This document shows, piece by piece, positions 10,174 through 20,694 of a DNA stretch of 64,000 nucleotides. The stretch comes from Candidatus Bilamarchaeaceae archaeon (GTDB taxonomy: Archaea; Micrarchaeota; Micrarchaeia; Anstonellales; Bilamarchaeaceae), in the NCBI GenBank assembly GCA_038870635.1, contig JAVZJR010000003.1, positions 1 to 64,000 on the forward strand. The letters are read 5' to 3'. Numbering within the stretch: the stretch's first letter is position 1; every line of letters starts with the position of its first letter. Position numbers and translations under genes: made by a program. The notes under the pieces were generated by a model. That model was not told the origin of the DNA, did no database searches, and saw nothing but the letters and a program-made list of their open reading frames with translations.

Positions 10174-11463
10174 ATGAGAGTAACATTTTACGGTGGTGCA
10201 GAAGAAGTTGGAAGAAGTTGCATTGTGCTTGAGCACAATCGCTCTAGAATAATGTTAGATTGCGGAATAAAGCTAGGGGAAAAAGTGGAAACACCACTCA
10301 TCAGCGATGACGAGTTGAAAAGGATAGATAATATAATAATAACACATGCTCATCTTGATCACAGCGGCTATTTACCCCACGTCTGCTCAAAAGGAACGAA
10401 TGCAAAAATCTACTTGACAAAACCAACCCACGACTTAATGGGCGTCTTGCTCGCTGATTATTACAGAATACAAAAATCAAAAAACGAATTATCTTTTTCA
10501 ATGAATGATGTCAATAAAGTAATGCAAAAAAGCACTATGATAGAGTACAACGAAAAGGTCGAAGGCGAACTAAAATTTGAACTTCGAAACGCTGGCCACA
10601 TATTAGGGAGTGCAATGGTCTATTTTCCAGAAAACAAAATACTCTACACTGGGGATATCTGCATGCGAAAGACAAGAATACTTGACAGATGCGATGTTGG
10701 GCTAAAAGCAGAAACATTGATAGTCGAGTCAACATATGGAAATAAAAAAGATATCTTGCCACCCTTAAAAGAATCTGGCCAAAAACTCGCAAAGATAATA
10801 AACGAAACCATTGACAGAGGAGGGCATGTCTTGATACCGAGCTTTGCAGTTGGCAGAGCGCAGGAAATCCTTTTACTTCTTGACGATTATATGCGCTCAG
10901 GCGCCATTAGTGAAGCGAAAATATACGTAGATGGAATGATAGGAAAGGCGATGAAAATATACAGGCATAATGCAATATATGCAAACGATGATATAAAGAG
11001 AAGAATCCTAATGAGTGAGGACGATCCATTCAAAAGCAAGAGGTTCCACAAGCCAAGAAAAAAAGATAGAAGCGATGTTTTGACAGAACCATCAATAATC
11101 ATATCAACATCTGGCATGCTCACCGGAGGACCAGTTTTATACTATCTTGAAAAGCTTCACGAAAATCCCGCAAACTCTTTGGTGTTTGTAGGTTATCAGG
11201 CGCCAGGTACTTTAGGTAGTAAAATACTTGAAGGCGAAAGAGTAATCAAGATAGGTGATAAAGAGATAGAATTAAATATGAAAATTGAGCGAGTGAAGAT
11301 ATCTGGTCATGCTGATTACAATGAACTTCTCCAGTTTATAAGAAGCACACCAGACTTGAAAAGAGTATTCATAATTCATGGTGAAAAAAGCGAGTTAAAA
11401 GATGCTTTGGAGAAGAAATACGAAGTTATAACGCCGCGGCTTCTTGAAACCTATGGTTTTTAA
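10174..11463 (+). CDS. Beta-CASP ribonuclease (aCPSF1-like, no KH domains)
   Basis: EVGRSC, THAHLDHSG, AGHILGS, FAVGRAQE, VGYQAPGTLG, SGHAD. Confidence 0.9.
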   Translation: MRVTFYGGAEEVGRSCIVLEHNRSRIMLDCGIKLGEKVETPLISDDELKRIDNIIITHAHLDHSGYLPHVCSKGTNAKIYLTKPTHDLMGVLLADYYRIQKSKNELSFSMNDVNKVMQKSTMIEYNEKVEGELKFELRNAGHILGSAMVYFPENKILYTGDICMRKTRILDRCDVGLKAETLIVESTYGNKKDILPPLKESGQKLAKIINETIDRGGHVLIPSFAVGRAQEILLLLDDYMRSGAISEAKIYVDGMIGKAMKIYRHNAIYANDDIKRRILMSEDDPFKSKRFHKPRKKDRSDVLTEPSIIISTSGMLTGGPVLYYLEKLHENPANSLVFVGYQAPGTLGSKILEGERVIKIGDKEIELNMKIERVKISGHADYNELLQFIRSTPDLKRVFIIHGEKSELKDALEKKYEVITPRLLETYGF

Positions 11464-11489
11464 CATATATTTTTAAATCCAAAAAAAGA

Positions 11490-12740
11490 ATGGTTTTTAT
11501 GACATCTAAACTAACTCCAAAAGGAATGAGAGATTTTCTTCCAGAAGAAGCAGCAGTGAGAGAAGAGGTAAGAAATAAGATAGCAACGATTTACAAAAAA
11601 TATGGTTTTTTACCTATGGAAACTCCTGCACTAGAATATCTTGAAACACTAAGAGCAAAAGCAGGCGATGAAATAGACAAACAGATATTTGTACTTAGCG
11701 ACGAGAGACTTGCACTACGTTTCGACATGACTGTTCCGCTCGCAAGAGTGGCCTCAACAATTGAGGCACCAAGACCTTTTAAAAGATATGCGATAGGACC
11801 TGTTTGGAGAAAGGAAGAGCCACAAAAAGGAAGGTTTAGAGAATTTTGGCAAGCAGATGCTGACATAATTGGCTCTTCTTCTATGCGCGCAGAAGCAGAG
11901 TTGCTCACGATGGCAAAAGAGATATGCACGGAATTTGGATTTAGCAAACCAAAGATACTTCTAAATAATAGAAAAATACTAAACGCAATGGCAAAAGAGT
12001 TAGATTTTGAAGATAATAAAAACGAGGTGTTTCGAACACTTGATAAAATAGACAAGATAGGAAGAGAAGAAGTTGAAAAAGAAATAGTAAAGTTAATAGG
12101 CCAAAGAGGGACAGAGTTAATACGTGAGATAAGTAGCGGAAAAAATAATGAGGAAAAATTGGCGATAGCAGAAAAATTCTCGAAGGAAGGTGCGGATGAA
12201 CTCCGTGAGATACTCAGATTTTGCAACTTTGAAATAGATGTTGACCTCTTATTGGTTAGAGGGCTTGGTTATTACACTGGACCTGTTTTTGAAATAAAAC
12301 TAAGTGATGAAATAGGAACAGTAATAGCAGGCGGGAGATATGATGGTTTATTATCACTTTATGGTAGAGGTGAGGCCGCCACAGGGATATCAGTTGGAGT
12401 AGAACGTCTGATAACGTTGACGATAGAAAGAAAAAAAACTAAGAGCACATTGCAGGTTTTTGTTGCAAATGTAAAAGATGAACAGTACCTTTATGCATTA
12501 GAAGTGGCATCTAAATTGAGGAATGCAGGAATAAACTGCGAAACTGACTTAAATTGCAGAAACTTAAGAAAACAATTAGATTATGTAAATGCTAAAAAGA
12601 TAAAATATGCAGTTATAGTTGGAGAAAAAGAAGCGAGTAGAGGTAATTATAAACTCAAAGACATGGAAAGTGGTAAAGAAGAGGAGGCTAATATAGAAAA
12701 GCTTATCAACTTATTAAAAGAGGCAGATAAAAAATGCTGA
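11490..12740 (+). CDS. hisS: Histidine--tRNA ligase
   Basis: PKGMRDF, LRFDMTVP, GRFREFWQ, RGLGYYTG, GGRYD. Confidence 0.97.
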   Translation: MVFMTSKLTPKGMRDFLPEEAAVREEVRNKIATIYKKYGFLPMETPALEYLETLRAKAGDEIDKQIFVLSDERLALRFDMTVPLARVASTIEAPRPFKRYAIGPVWRKEEPQKGRFREFWQADADIIGSSSMRAEAELLTMAKEICTEFGFSKPKILLNNRKILNAMAKELDFEDNKNEVFRTLDKIDKIGREEVEKEIVKLIGQRGTELIREISSGKNNEEKLAIAEKFSKEGADELREILRFCNFEIDVDLLLVRGLGYYTGPVFEIKLSDEIGTVIAGGRYDGLLSLYGRGEAATGISVGVERLITLTIERKKTKSTLQVFVANVKDEQYLYALEVASKLRNAGINCETDLNCRNLRKQLDYVNAKKIKYAVIVGEKEASRGNYKLKDMESGKEEEANIEKLINLLKEADKKC

Positions 12741-13231
12741 TGGTCCCAGTGATATATATAAAAGATAAGCAAGCATTCTCTAAATCTGGCGGAACATTAA
12801 AATTGCTTGGACCGGCGGTGGAAACAATAAAAAAACTCTCTCAAAAATATGAGCTCTTTCACATAATAGACTTGGATCTTAAAAAAGGAAACTTAACGAA
12901 TTTTGATGTTTATGATAAATTGACATATAGTACGCATATAGAAGTTGAATGTGAAAAAGAAGAAATTGTGGAAAGATTGTTGGGTATAAATGCTCGCGCG
13001 GTAATCGAACTACCATCTCAAATGAATTTAGACAAGTTTAACAAAAAATTGCTCGTTGGAGTAGTTAGAGATAAAGATACAGACGTATCTAAAGTAAATG
13101 ATGTAATAATAGAAAATGCGGAAAAAGATGCAATCAGTTATTATCAAAACAAAGGCAAAAGAATAATGTTAAGAGAAGACAAATGGGATAAAAAAACAAA
13201 AGTATGGGCGGTTATTTTGACAGCACCGTGA
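12734..13231 (+). CDS. Short HisA/HisF-related protein
   Basis: N-terminal VPVIYIKD and HIIDLD resemble HisA strands 1-2; only 165 aa. Confidence 0.55.
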   Translation: MLMVPVIYIKDKQAFSKSGGTLKLLGPAVETIKKLSQKYELFHIIDLDLKKGNLTNFDVYDKLTYSTHIEVECEKEEIVERLLGINARAVIELPSQMNLDKFNKKLLVGVVRDKDTDVSKVNDVIIENAEKDAISYYQNKGKRIMLREDKWDKKTKVWAVILTAP

Positions 13232-13913
13232 TGCCTTTGGGAGTAATTGTTAATGGGTATATCTTCATTGAATGTTGTACTCCTTTCATCTTAAGCACTT
13301 CTATAAATCTTGCCCTCTCGTTTTTCTTTTGATCATATTTAAAACCAAGGTTGACCCAACCATCAGTAAAACTTTCTATACCATAAGTAGTGTATGGAAG
13401 AGACTCAGCAGGTGAAGCTGTTGTGTCCTCAGAAATAATAAAGGTGGTCGCCCCCCACGCCCTAATGTTTTCGATGAGTTTAAGAAAACCACGCTTTCTC
13501 TCTTCTTCGCTCTTGAAATGTAAGGCAATGGGCATTATTGAATCTACAACAACACGTTTTACATTTGCTGTATGCACTATTTCTTTTATTGCATTTGATT
13601 GCTGTAAAAACTGCTCAACTTCGTAAATAGGGTAATCTAAAAATATGAGTTTTTGTTTTCTTTCAAGCGAACTTAAATCCCATTCATAGCCGCTCATGTT
13701 AAAAAGCACTGCCTCTTTGCTTTCCTCTATTGAAATATACAAACCAGTTTCATCAAACTGCTTAGCACCTTCGTAAATAAATTGCATGCCCAAAGTTGAC
13801 TTACCAGAGCCCGTGGGACCACCTATAGTAACTATAGAACCATAGAGCAAACCGTCACCTAACACTTTATCCAAGCCAGGGATACCGGTTTTAACAAAAA
13901 CTCTTCCAGCCAT
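13212..13913 (-). CDS. Single-domain KaiC/RAD55-like RecA-superfamily ATPase
   Basis: TGIPGLD, GPTGSGKS, YISIEES, RVVVDS, EVLKMKG. Confidence 0.9.
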   Translation of the reverse strand: MAGRVFVKTGIPGLDKVLGDGLLYGSIVTIGGPTGSGKSTLGMQFIYEGAKQFDETGLYISIEESKEAVLFNMSGYEWDLSSLERKQKLIFLDYPIYEVEQFLQQSNAIKEIVHTANVKRVVVDSIMPIALHFKSEEERKRGFLKLIENIRAWGATTFIISEDTTASPAESLPYTTYGIESFTDGWVNLGFKYDQKKNERARFIEVLKMKGVQHSMKIYPLTITPKGITVLSK

Positions 13914-13921
13914 ATAAACAC

Positions 13922-14431
13922 CTATTTTTTATCTTTTTTTTCGAGAATTTTTTTTCCCATTTCTGCCCGGAGTGCAAGTTGTCTTTGAAACTCCGCCAAC
14001 TCTTCCGGGCTTGCTAAACGAGTTATAAACATTTTTTTATAATCCGCAGTCGTGGCAGAAAGCTGCCCTAACAGCTCATTGGCCTGATTAAGAGGCATTC
14101 TTATCTCTTCTGGTCGATGTATCTCTATTGTAAAGGGTGAATGCGTAAGGCAAATATTTGCCAAAGCAAAAAAAGTGCGAGTGAGAACCTTAACTTCTAT
14201 ATATGAAGAAAAATTTTTCCCTTCTTCAGAAAGTATTGGCTCCTCTATCTCGCCAACAGCATAAACAACTCCAGGCATTTGGATAAGGTGCTGAAGAAAG
14301 CCTGCACCTAATTTCTGTGCATCCTCTTTTGTTGCAGCATGGATATCAAAATAAAGCGTTGCTAAAACACCACCCTCATTTATTGTTTTTTCCGTCAACT
14401 TCTTAACATCTGCTTTTACGTCCATTGCCAT
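13922..14431 (-). CDS. Hypothetical protein
   Basis: 169-aa ORF co-oriented with the KaiC-like gene. Confidence 0.75.
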   Translation of the reverse strand: MAMDVKADVKKLTEKTINEGGVLATLYFDIHAATKEDAQKLGAGFLQHLIQMPGVVYAVGEIEEPILSEEGKNFSSYIEVKVLTRTFFALANICLTHSPFTIEIHRPEEIRMPLNQANELLGQLSATTADYKKMFITRLASPEELAEFQRQLALRAEMGKKILEKKDKK

Positions 14432-14485
14432 ATTCGTTATATCTAAATAGTTGGATTTAAAATTCCTTTTATTTAACTTTAAAAC

Positions 14486-14869
14486 ATGAACCTCGTATTT
14501 AGTGAAGAATCTCTTAAATGGCTAAAAGAGAAAGGTTTTAACGATTGGGAAATCGAAGATGCCCAAAAGTACATAAACATTGCTGCCAAAAGCATATTGA
14601 ACAATGAAACTGCAATTAGGATACCAGAAGGAACAACAGTAAAAGTGGCGGCTCTTGCATATGCTGTGCTTTCAAACTTTGATGAAAATATGGCCCAAAG
14701 TAAGATGATAACCATTTCTCAAGAAATACGCGATGCGTATAATGAGGAAATAGAGATAGGACAATTGGAAGAGCTTCATGCCAAAATAAGAAAGGTTAAA
14801 CTTGGAAAGATTTATTCAGATGCAAGAAAAAAATCCAGCGTTAAAAAAGGAAGTCCAACAATAGATTAA
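14486..14869 (+). CDS. Hypothetical protein, possibly a single cyclin/TFB-like fold
   Basis: EGTTVKVAALAYAV resembles the TFB G.....AAA.Y helix; weak. Confidence 0.55.
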   Translation: MNLVFSEESLKWLKEKGFNDWEIEDAQKYINIAAKSILNNETAIRIPEGTTVKVAALAYAVLSNFDENMAQSKMITISQEIRDAYNEEIEIGQLEELHAKIRKVKLGKIYSDARKKSSVKKGSPTID

Positions 14870-15408
14870 AGCAACTCGCCACGTGCTTGTTCTATCTGAA
14901 TGCGCGCAACGTCCTGTTTTCTTCTGAAATCAGGAAGAACAGCATTAGAAAAACGTAATGGTAAAAGAGAATCATAGATGTCCTCCATTAAAGAGAAATA
15001 AATCTCAGCCTCTTTTCTCTCGTTTCTTCTAAGCGCCTCGTACATCTCTCTTTTTAATTCCCCAATGGCATCGAGCAAGCCATTTAAGTAAGATACTTCG
15101 TCAACACCCACTTCTTTCAAAGAAGGTACTCTTTTTTTTGTAACAACATCGAGAACAATCCGTGCTTCAGCATATTCCTGCATAATATGACCAATCTGAA
15201 CTGGAAAAATTAGTGCTAATGATTTTATTTTTTTTATACCATCATCAGCTTCCTTGAGAAACAACATCGCTGCTTTTTTATCTTTTGAGTGGATGGCCTT
15301 TATCGCGTTCGCGCATGAACGAATTATTATTCTGCTTTTAGCATTTATTTCATCCATCGCTTTCTCTTTTTCCATAAGTTTCTCTTCAATAGAAGCAATA
15401 TCAATCAT
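14866..15408 (-). CDS. Translin-family protein
   Basis: SRIIIR, QEYAEA, YLNGLLDAIGELKR, RRKQDVAR. Confidence 0.9.
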   Translation of the reverse strand: MIDIASIEEKLMEKEKAMDEINAKSRIIIRSCANAIKAIHSKDKKAAMLFLKEADDGIKKIKSLALIFPVQIGHIMQEYAEARIVLDVVTKKRVPSLKEVGVDEVSYLNGLLDAIGELKREMYEALRRNERKEAEIYFSLMEDIYDSLLPLRFSNAVLPDFRRKQDVARIQIEQARGELL

Positions 15409-15529
15409 AAGTCTTATTCTTCCTCTATATTTAAAATGTTTGATATTTTAACTCTAAAAATTTAGCTGGACTTTGGTCAGGCCATAAGTTTATAAATTTT
15501 TTTTTCAAAAAGCAAGAAAGGTGGGTTTT

Positions 15530-16456
15530 ATGGCATTGAAAAATTTAAAAGGCAGGCACCTTCTTAGCGATTTTGATCTCAACGCTGAGGAGTATTTAGA
15601 GGTTTTGGATTTAGCGCAAAAGATGAAGAGCGGAAAGGTTAAGAAAAAACTAACAAATAAATCGCTGATAATGCTTTTTCAAAAACCTTCAACAAGAACA
15701 CGACTTTCTTTTGAAATCGGAATGACAAGATTAGGCGGCCATGCGGTTTTTGTCGATATAAGCACAACACAATTAGGAAGAGGAGAAACCATAGCAGATA
15801 CAGCAAGAGTGATGGCGCGATATGCAGACATCATCATGGCTCGTCTAAATTCGCAAAAGGATCTTGAAGAAATAGCAAGATATTCTAAAGTTCCTGTCAT
15901 AAATGCACTAACAGATATGTTTCATCCTTGCCAAGTAATGGCAGATTTACTAACGGTAAAAGAGAAAAAAGGTAAAATCGCAGGTTTAAAAATAGCGTTT
16001 CTTGGCGATTGCGGATTTAATATGTTTAATTCAACTGCGATAGCTTTCAGCAAATTAGGCGCTGATGTTTATGGGGGCTGTCCTAACAAACCAGAGTATA
16101 GAATAAAACAGGAAATACTTGAAAGAGCGTTGAAGGATGCAAAAGGAAAGATAGTACTTACAGAAGACCCAATAGAAGCAGTAAAAGATGCTGATGTTGT
16201 TATGACAGATACGTGGGTATCAATGGGCCAAAAAGATGAAGAAAAAAGAATAAAGGACTTGTCGCCTTATCAAGTAAACCCAGAACTTATGAAGCACGCA
16301 AAACCAGACGCCATATTTATGCACTGCTTGCCAGCACATAGGGGACATGAAGTGGTTGATGAAGTCGCAGATTCTGAGCAGTCAGTAATATTTGATCAAG
16401 CGGAAAACAGATTGCACGCACAAAATGCAATAATGGTAGCGCTTCTTGGAGAATAG
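15530..16456 (+). CDS. argF: Ornithine carbamoyltransferase
   Basis: STRTR, HPCQ, DTWVSMG, HCLP, QAENR. Confidence 0.95.
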   Translation: MALKNLKGRHLLSDFDLNAEEYLEVLDLAQKMKSGKVKKKLTNKSLIMLFQKPSTRTRLSFEIGMTRLGGHAVFVDISTTQLGRGETIADTARVMARYADIIMARLNSQKDLEEIARYSKVPVINALTDMFHPCQVMADLLTVKEKKGKIAGLKIAFLGDCGFNMFNSTAIAFSKLGADVYGGCPNKPEYRIKQEILERALKDAKGKIVLTEDPIEAVKDADVVMTDTWVSMGQKDEEKRIKDLSPYQVNPELMKHAKPDAIFMHCLPAHRGHEVVDEVADSEQSVIFDQAENRLHAQNAIMVALLGE

Positions 16457-16828
16457 CTATACACGCCTTAATCCTTTTATCTTTTCATAATCAGTTGGTT
16501 TTCTCGTAAAGAGAAAGGCGTCGTTCACAATACAAGCAGCAGCGTTAAAAAGCACTTCTTGCGGCGCTATTACACCGCTCTCTTCCAATTCATTTTTTAG
16601 TTTTGATGCCACTACTGCAACTTTTCTATCGATAGGGATAACAGTTATACTATTTGCAAATGAGACGACCACATCTTGTTTTTTTATTGTAAAAAGCAGG
16701 TGCGCTAATGTTATAGAAGAAATGCATATTTCATCTGTTTTTAAATAGTAATTTAGTTTCTCCACTGTAGATGGTTCGCCACGTAGAAAGTCAAGCGCAG
16801 CATAATAGTCAAGGCATATCTTTTCCAT
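16457..16828 (-). CDS. VapC-like PIN-domain protein (degenerate active site)
   Basis: ICLD..., ISSIT, overall PIN layout; coupled to upstream antitoxin. Confidence 0.75.
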   Translation of the reverse strand: MEKICLDYYAALDFLRGEPSTVEKLNYYLKTDEICISSITLAHLLFTIKKQDVVVSFANSITVIPIDRKVAVVASKLKNELEESGVIAPQEVLFNAAACIVNDAFLFTRKPTDYEKIKGLRRV

Positions 16829-17037
16829 TAGAATACCCTGTTGCTTATTCTCATGAGAGCCCGCTTATCAACATCATCTTCTTTTATTGTACCTGCAAAA
16901 ACCTTTAACTGCTTTTCATTTTCATTCCTTTCGTGCAACAGATACCTAATTACCTCGCTAAAACTCATGCCCTTTGACTTCTTGAGCCTATTAAGCTCTA
17001 CATATACATCATCCATTATTGTTATCACACGGACCAT
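16828..17037 (-). CDS. VapB-family antitoxin
   Basis: ITIMDDVYVELNRLKK..MSFSEVI; stop/start overlap with PIN gene. Confidence 0.8.
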   Translation of the reverse strand: MVRVITIMDDVYVELNRLKKSKGMSFSEVIRYLLHERNENEKQLKVFAGTIKEDDVDKRALMRISNRVF

Positions 17038-17223
17038 GGGGGATCAATAAATACATTTAGTAAATATATTTAAACTTTTCGTCGGTTTGGTTTTGAGAGT
17101 GTATAATAGTGGTAATTTGCGTTTATATTTTTTAGACGAAAAAGAAAATATTTTTAAATAAAAAAAATACCTTCTTCTCATCCTCGTTATATTTACGAGG
17201 AAAAAAGCGACCAGGTGAAAAAT

Positions 17224-18303
17224 ATGGAAGATTTGGTAAAATCTGTTATGGGAGAAAGTACCTCCCAGGTTAAGGATGAGAGTGAGAGCTTGAGCTCAGA
17301 GACGATTAAAATCGTCACTGTCGGTGTCGGTGGTGCCGGAAACAACACTATAAATAGGTTGATAAAAGCAGGTGTTAAAGGCACAGAGCTAGTAGCCATT
17401 AACACAGACAAGCAGCACTTGAGCATAATACACGAGAGAGCAAAAAAGATTTTAATAGGTAAGAGCGTGACAAAAGGTCTTGGTGCTGGTGGATACCCTG
17501 AAATAGGTGCAAAATCAGCAGAAGTCGACAGACCATTAATAGAAAAAGAGCTCGAAGGAGCACACCTTGTTTTCGTATGCGCTGGTATGGGCGGCGGAAC
17601 AGGTGGCGGGGCAGCACCAATAGTTGCACAAATAGCAAAAGAACAAGGTGCAATCGTTGTTGCGATGGTAACTTACCCATTCGCACTTGAAAGAGCAAGA
17701 AAGAAAAAAGCAGATGAAGGCATAAAATTGCTCAAAAAGAGCTGCGACTCAGTCATTATATTAGATAACAACAGATTAGTGCAATTAGTTCCAAACTTGC
17801 CAATGACAGAAGCATTTGCAGTTGCAGACGAAATTTTAGCAAGAGCGATATCTGGTCTTGTTTGGACAATTACCCAACCATCACTCATCAACATTGACTT
17901 TGCAGATGTGCGCGCTATTATGGAAGGCGGCGGAGTTGGATTTATAGCAGTAGGTGAAGGAAAAGGAAATGATAAAGTAAGAGCAGCTGCAGAAGGAGTT
18001 ATAAAGAACAGATTGCTCGACGTTGATTTCGAAGGTGCTAAGGGTGCACTTATACACATAAGTGGTGGAAGCGACCTCACACTCGGCGATGCAATAAAAG
18101 CAGGTGAGTTAATAACAGAGAAGATGGATGCTGAAGCAAATGTTAAGTGGGGCGCAAGAATAATGCAAAACTACGAAGGCAAACTCGAGATAGTGGCCAT
18201 AGTAACTGGTGTTAAAGGCGCATCAGTTGGTGGCGCTCAATTCAGCCAAGAAGAAGAAACAAGCGCACCTATATATGGTGAAGAACTCGAAGTACTTGGT
18301 TAG
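17224..18303 (+). CDS. ftsZ: Cell division protein FtsZ
   Basis: [31 protein letters not shown]. Confidence 0.97.
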   Translation: MEDLVKSVMGESTSQVKDESESLSSETIKIVTVGVGGAGNNTINRLIKAGVKGTELVAINTDKQHLSIIHERAKKILIGKSVTKGLGAGGYPEIGAKSAEVDRPLIEKELEGAHLVFVCAGMGGGTGGGAAPIVAQIAKEQGAIVVAMVTYPFALERARKKKADEGIKLLKKSCDSVIILDNNRLVQLVPNLPMTEAFAVADEILARAISGLVWTITQPSLINIDFADVRAIMEGGGVGFIAVGEGKGNDKVRAAAEGVIKNRLLDVDFEGAKGALIHISGGSDLTLGDAIKAGELITEKMDAEANVKWGARIMQNYEGKLEIVAIVTGVKGASVGGAQFSQEEETSAPIYGEELEVLG

Positions 18304-18323
18304 TTTTTTCTTTTTTTCTTTTT

Positions 18324-19127
18324 TTGATTTTTATGCAGTATAGCGACCTCGTTAACGATATTCAAAAATTATCTTACGAGATGGTTTTTCCTTTAATTCC
18401 TTTTTTCTTAGTGAATTTTTTTAATATGGAAATAAAATATGGCGTAGAGGCTGCCATATTAATAGAAGTAGTTAGTCTCACGGTTTTTGTTTTAACTATT
18501 TTTATAAGACAGCGCTTCAAAAAAAATGCAAGTCCATTAGGGCTTGCGACAGCAGCCATAGCACGATGGTTTTTGGCAGGAGCACAAAGCACTTTGGGCA
18601 TGTTTACTTATAGAATAGCAGAATATGTTGGTTTAGGAATAGCAGAAAAAAGCACGCAAAATCTTAAAATTCACAGAAGTGCAATGATCACGGGACCATT
18701 ACTTACTTTATTCCTTGTTATTTTTATTGAGGTAAAAACAATAATAACAATCTCTGCTTTTGTATTAGGATGCGCATTTCTTTTATCTTTATTTTTAAAA
18801 AAAGAAAAAGAGGAAACCTATCTGGCCCAAAACAATCTTCTTAAAACGATTATACCAATTTTGCTTGTATTTATTTTTTTAGCATTTGAAACGCTTTCAG
18901 CGCCCCTATTTTTCTTACCTCTTTTTTATATCGCTTATCAAACATTTCGTATCTTGATGGGAAAACGCCTCGCAAATTTTCTAAGAAAAGAAAGCAGTCG
19001 AACGACTGTTAGTATAATCGCGATTATTCTTTCGTTATATTTTCTTTTTTCTTCTACTCTATTGACAATGCACATATTAGCTTTTGTCTTACTTGGAATT
19101 TTTACTGCTATGTATGAAAATGGATAA
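18324..19127 (+). CDS. Polytopic membrane protein, MFS-fragment-like
   Basis: Many TM segments; N-terminal SDLVNDI..EMVFPLIPFFL and HRSAMITGPL resemble MFS motifs; short. Confidence 0.55.
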   Translation: MIFMQYSDLVNDIQKLSYEMVFPLIPFFLVNFFNMEIKYGVEAAILIEVVSLTVFVLTIFIRQRFKKNASPLGLATAAIARWFLAGAQSTLGMFTYRIAEYVGLGIAEKSTQNLKIHRSAMITGPLLTLFLVIFIEVKTIITISAFVLGCAFLLSLFLKKEKEETYLAQNNLLKTIIPILLVFIFLAFETLSAPLFFLPLFYIAYQTFRILMGKRLANFLRKESSRTTVSIIAIILSLYFLFSSTLLTMHILAFVLLGIFTAMYENG

Positions 19128-19166
19128 AATTTTAAATACACGCTCTTTAATATTCTCGGTGAAAAA

Positions 19167-19568
19167 ATGTTAGGAATGGTTGGGATAAGGCTTCTTGACG
19201 GAAGTGTAAAGATAAAAGAAGACACGCCACCCAAAGGGCTTGCAATCGATTTAAAGATAACGAAGATAAGCAAAACTGAAAGGCCAGAGCTTGCGAATGT
19301 AAAGTTTTCTTATACAGTCTCATACACGCCAAATACAGCAGTGCTTAAGCTTGAGGGAGACGCGTTATTTACTGATGAACCAGCTGTCCTAGAAAAAATA
19401 ATAACATCTTGGAAAGAAAAGGAAAGAATAGATGAAGAAATAGCAGCGCGAATACTTAATTTCATAAATCCGTTTGTAACACACAATGCCTTACTTATGC
19501 TCCGCGCGTTTAACCTTCCGCCACATATATCCCCGCCTCCGATAATACCACAGAAAAAAAGCAAATAA
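19167..19568 (+). CDS. Archaeal hypothetical protein
   Basis: GGTGA RBS; beta-rich N-terminus, C-terminal NLPPHISPPP. Confidence 0.75.
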   Translation: MLGMVGIRLLDGSVKIKEDTPPKGLAIDLKITKISKTERPELANVKFSYTVSYTPNTAVLKLEGDALFTDEPAVLEKIITSWKEKERIDEEIAARILNFINPFVTHNALLMLRAFNLPPHISPPPIIPQKKSK

Positions 19569-19579
19569 AGTGATAATAG

Positions 19580-20302
19580 ATGGAACTAAAAAGTGTTTTT
19601 GCAGCATATGGTGAAAAACCACTACTTTTCTTATGGGGGTCATTGCTTTACGTTTTTTTCTCTCTTATAGTTTTACTTTCAACTATTGGCATTCTTCTTG
19701 TCTCATTCTTGCTGCTTTTCTTTTTTGGATACTTACCTAATTTTGATACACCTCTAAATCTAATACTATATGCCCTACCAACAACAATAGCATTGCTCTT
19801 TATGTTATACATGAACGGATGCATCACCGCAGCAACTATTTATGCTTACAAAAATGCCACGAATGGCACTGCAATCTCTCTAATAGATTTTTATCACTAC
19901 GGTCTATCCCGCGGTCCGATGATGTTCTCTATAGGAGTACTAAGGGATTTCTTTATGTTTATCGTAATAGGAGTAGGGGCTGCGATTTATTATTATGGAT
20001 TGCAGGGATTTGAGTATGGCACCCATATACTAGTAATTTATACTCTTATGGTTCTCTTCGTGTTCCATCTTATTACAAAACCAGGAATAATTGCTTGTGG
20101 TCTTGGTGAACGTCCATTTGAAAGTTTTAAGAAAACCTATCTTGTTTTTGCAAAAAAACATATTTATTTTATAGTGTTTTTTACAATGTATGCCTTTGTT
20201 TGGCTAATGAATTTTATTCCAATTTTGCAGTTTATTTCTCTCTTTGTACTCTTCCCTCTTTCATATAGCGCATTGATAAAAATGGTTGAAGAGATAAGGT
20301 GA
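19580..20302 (+). CDS. Hypothetical membrane protein
   Basis: About 6 hydrophobic segments. Confidence 0.75.
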   Translation: MELKSVFAAYGEKPLLFLWGSLLYVFFSLIVLLSTIGILLVSFLLLFFFGYLPNFDTPLNLILYALPTTIALLFMLYMNGCITAATIYAYKNATNGTAISLIDFYHYGLSRGPMMFSIGVLRDFFMFIVIGVGAAIYYYGLQGFEYGTHILVIYTLMVLFVFHLITKPGIIACGLGERPFESFKKTYLVFAKKHIYFIVFFTMYAFVWLMNFIPILQFISLFVLFPLSYSALIKMVEEIR

Positions 20303-20616
20303 TTTTTATGGATAGATTATACGAAATCGCTTTAGAAAAAAGGGCACAGTTAACTAAAATACTAGAAAACGAGCCTTATGCTCCTGATAGTTTTGCCCGC
20401 GTGGGCTATCGTATTAGGGATGGTGCAACATTGGAAGAAGATAAAACTAAAATTTATTTATTCATATCATCTTCAGAAGAATTCGTAAAAAAAGCAGATG
20501 ATAGATTAAAAGATGTTGCAGTCGTTGTCGAAGGTGAAAAGGCTTCACGCATAATTTCAAAAATAAAAGCAGAAGAAGAAGCCGCGGAGAGTGGGTTTGG
20601 CTCACTTTTCGGCTAA
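20299..20616 (+). CDS. Hypothetical protein with ribosomal-stalk-like C-terminus
   Basis: Ends EEEAAESGFGSLFG; AGGTGA RBS suggests start at ATG 20308. Confidence 0.8.
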   Translation: MIFMDRLYEIALEKRAQLTKILENEPYAPDSFARVGYRIRDGATLEEDKTKIYLFISSSEEFVKKADDRLKDVAVVVEGEKASRIISKIKAEEEAAESGFGSLFG

Positions 20617-20694
20617 TTTGTTTTTTTTACTCTTTTTTATACTAACATACACATTTATAAATAGAATTATGTTTAATAATTATTAGGGGTTGAG

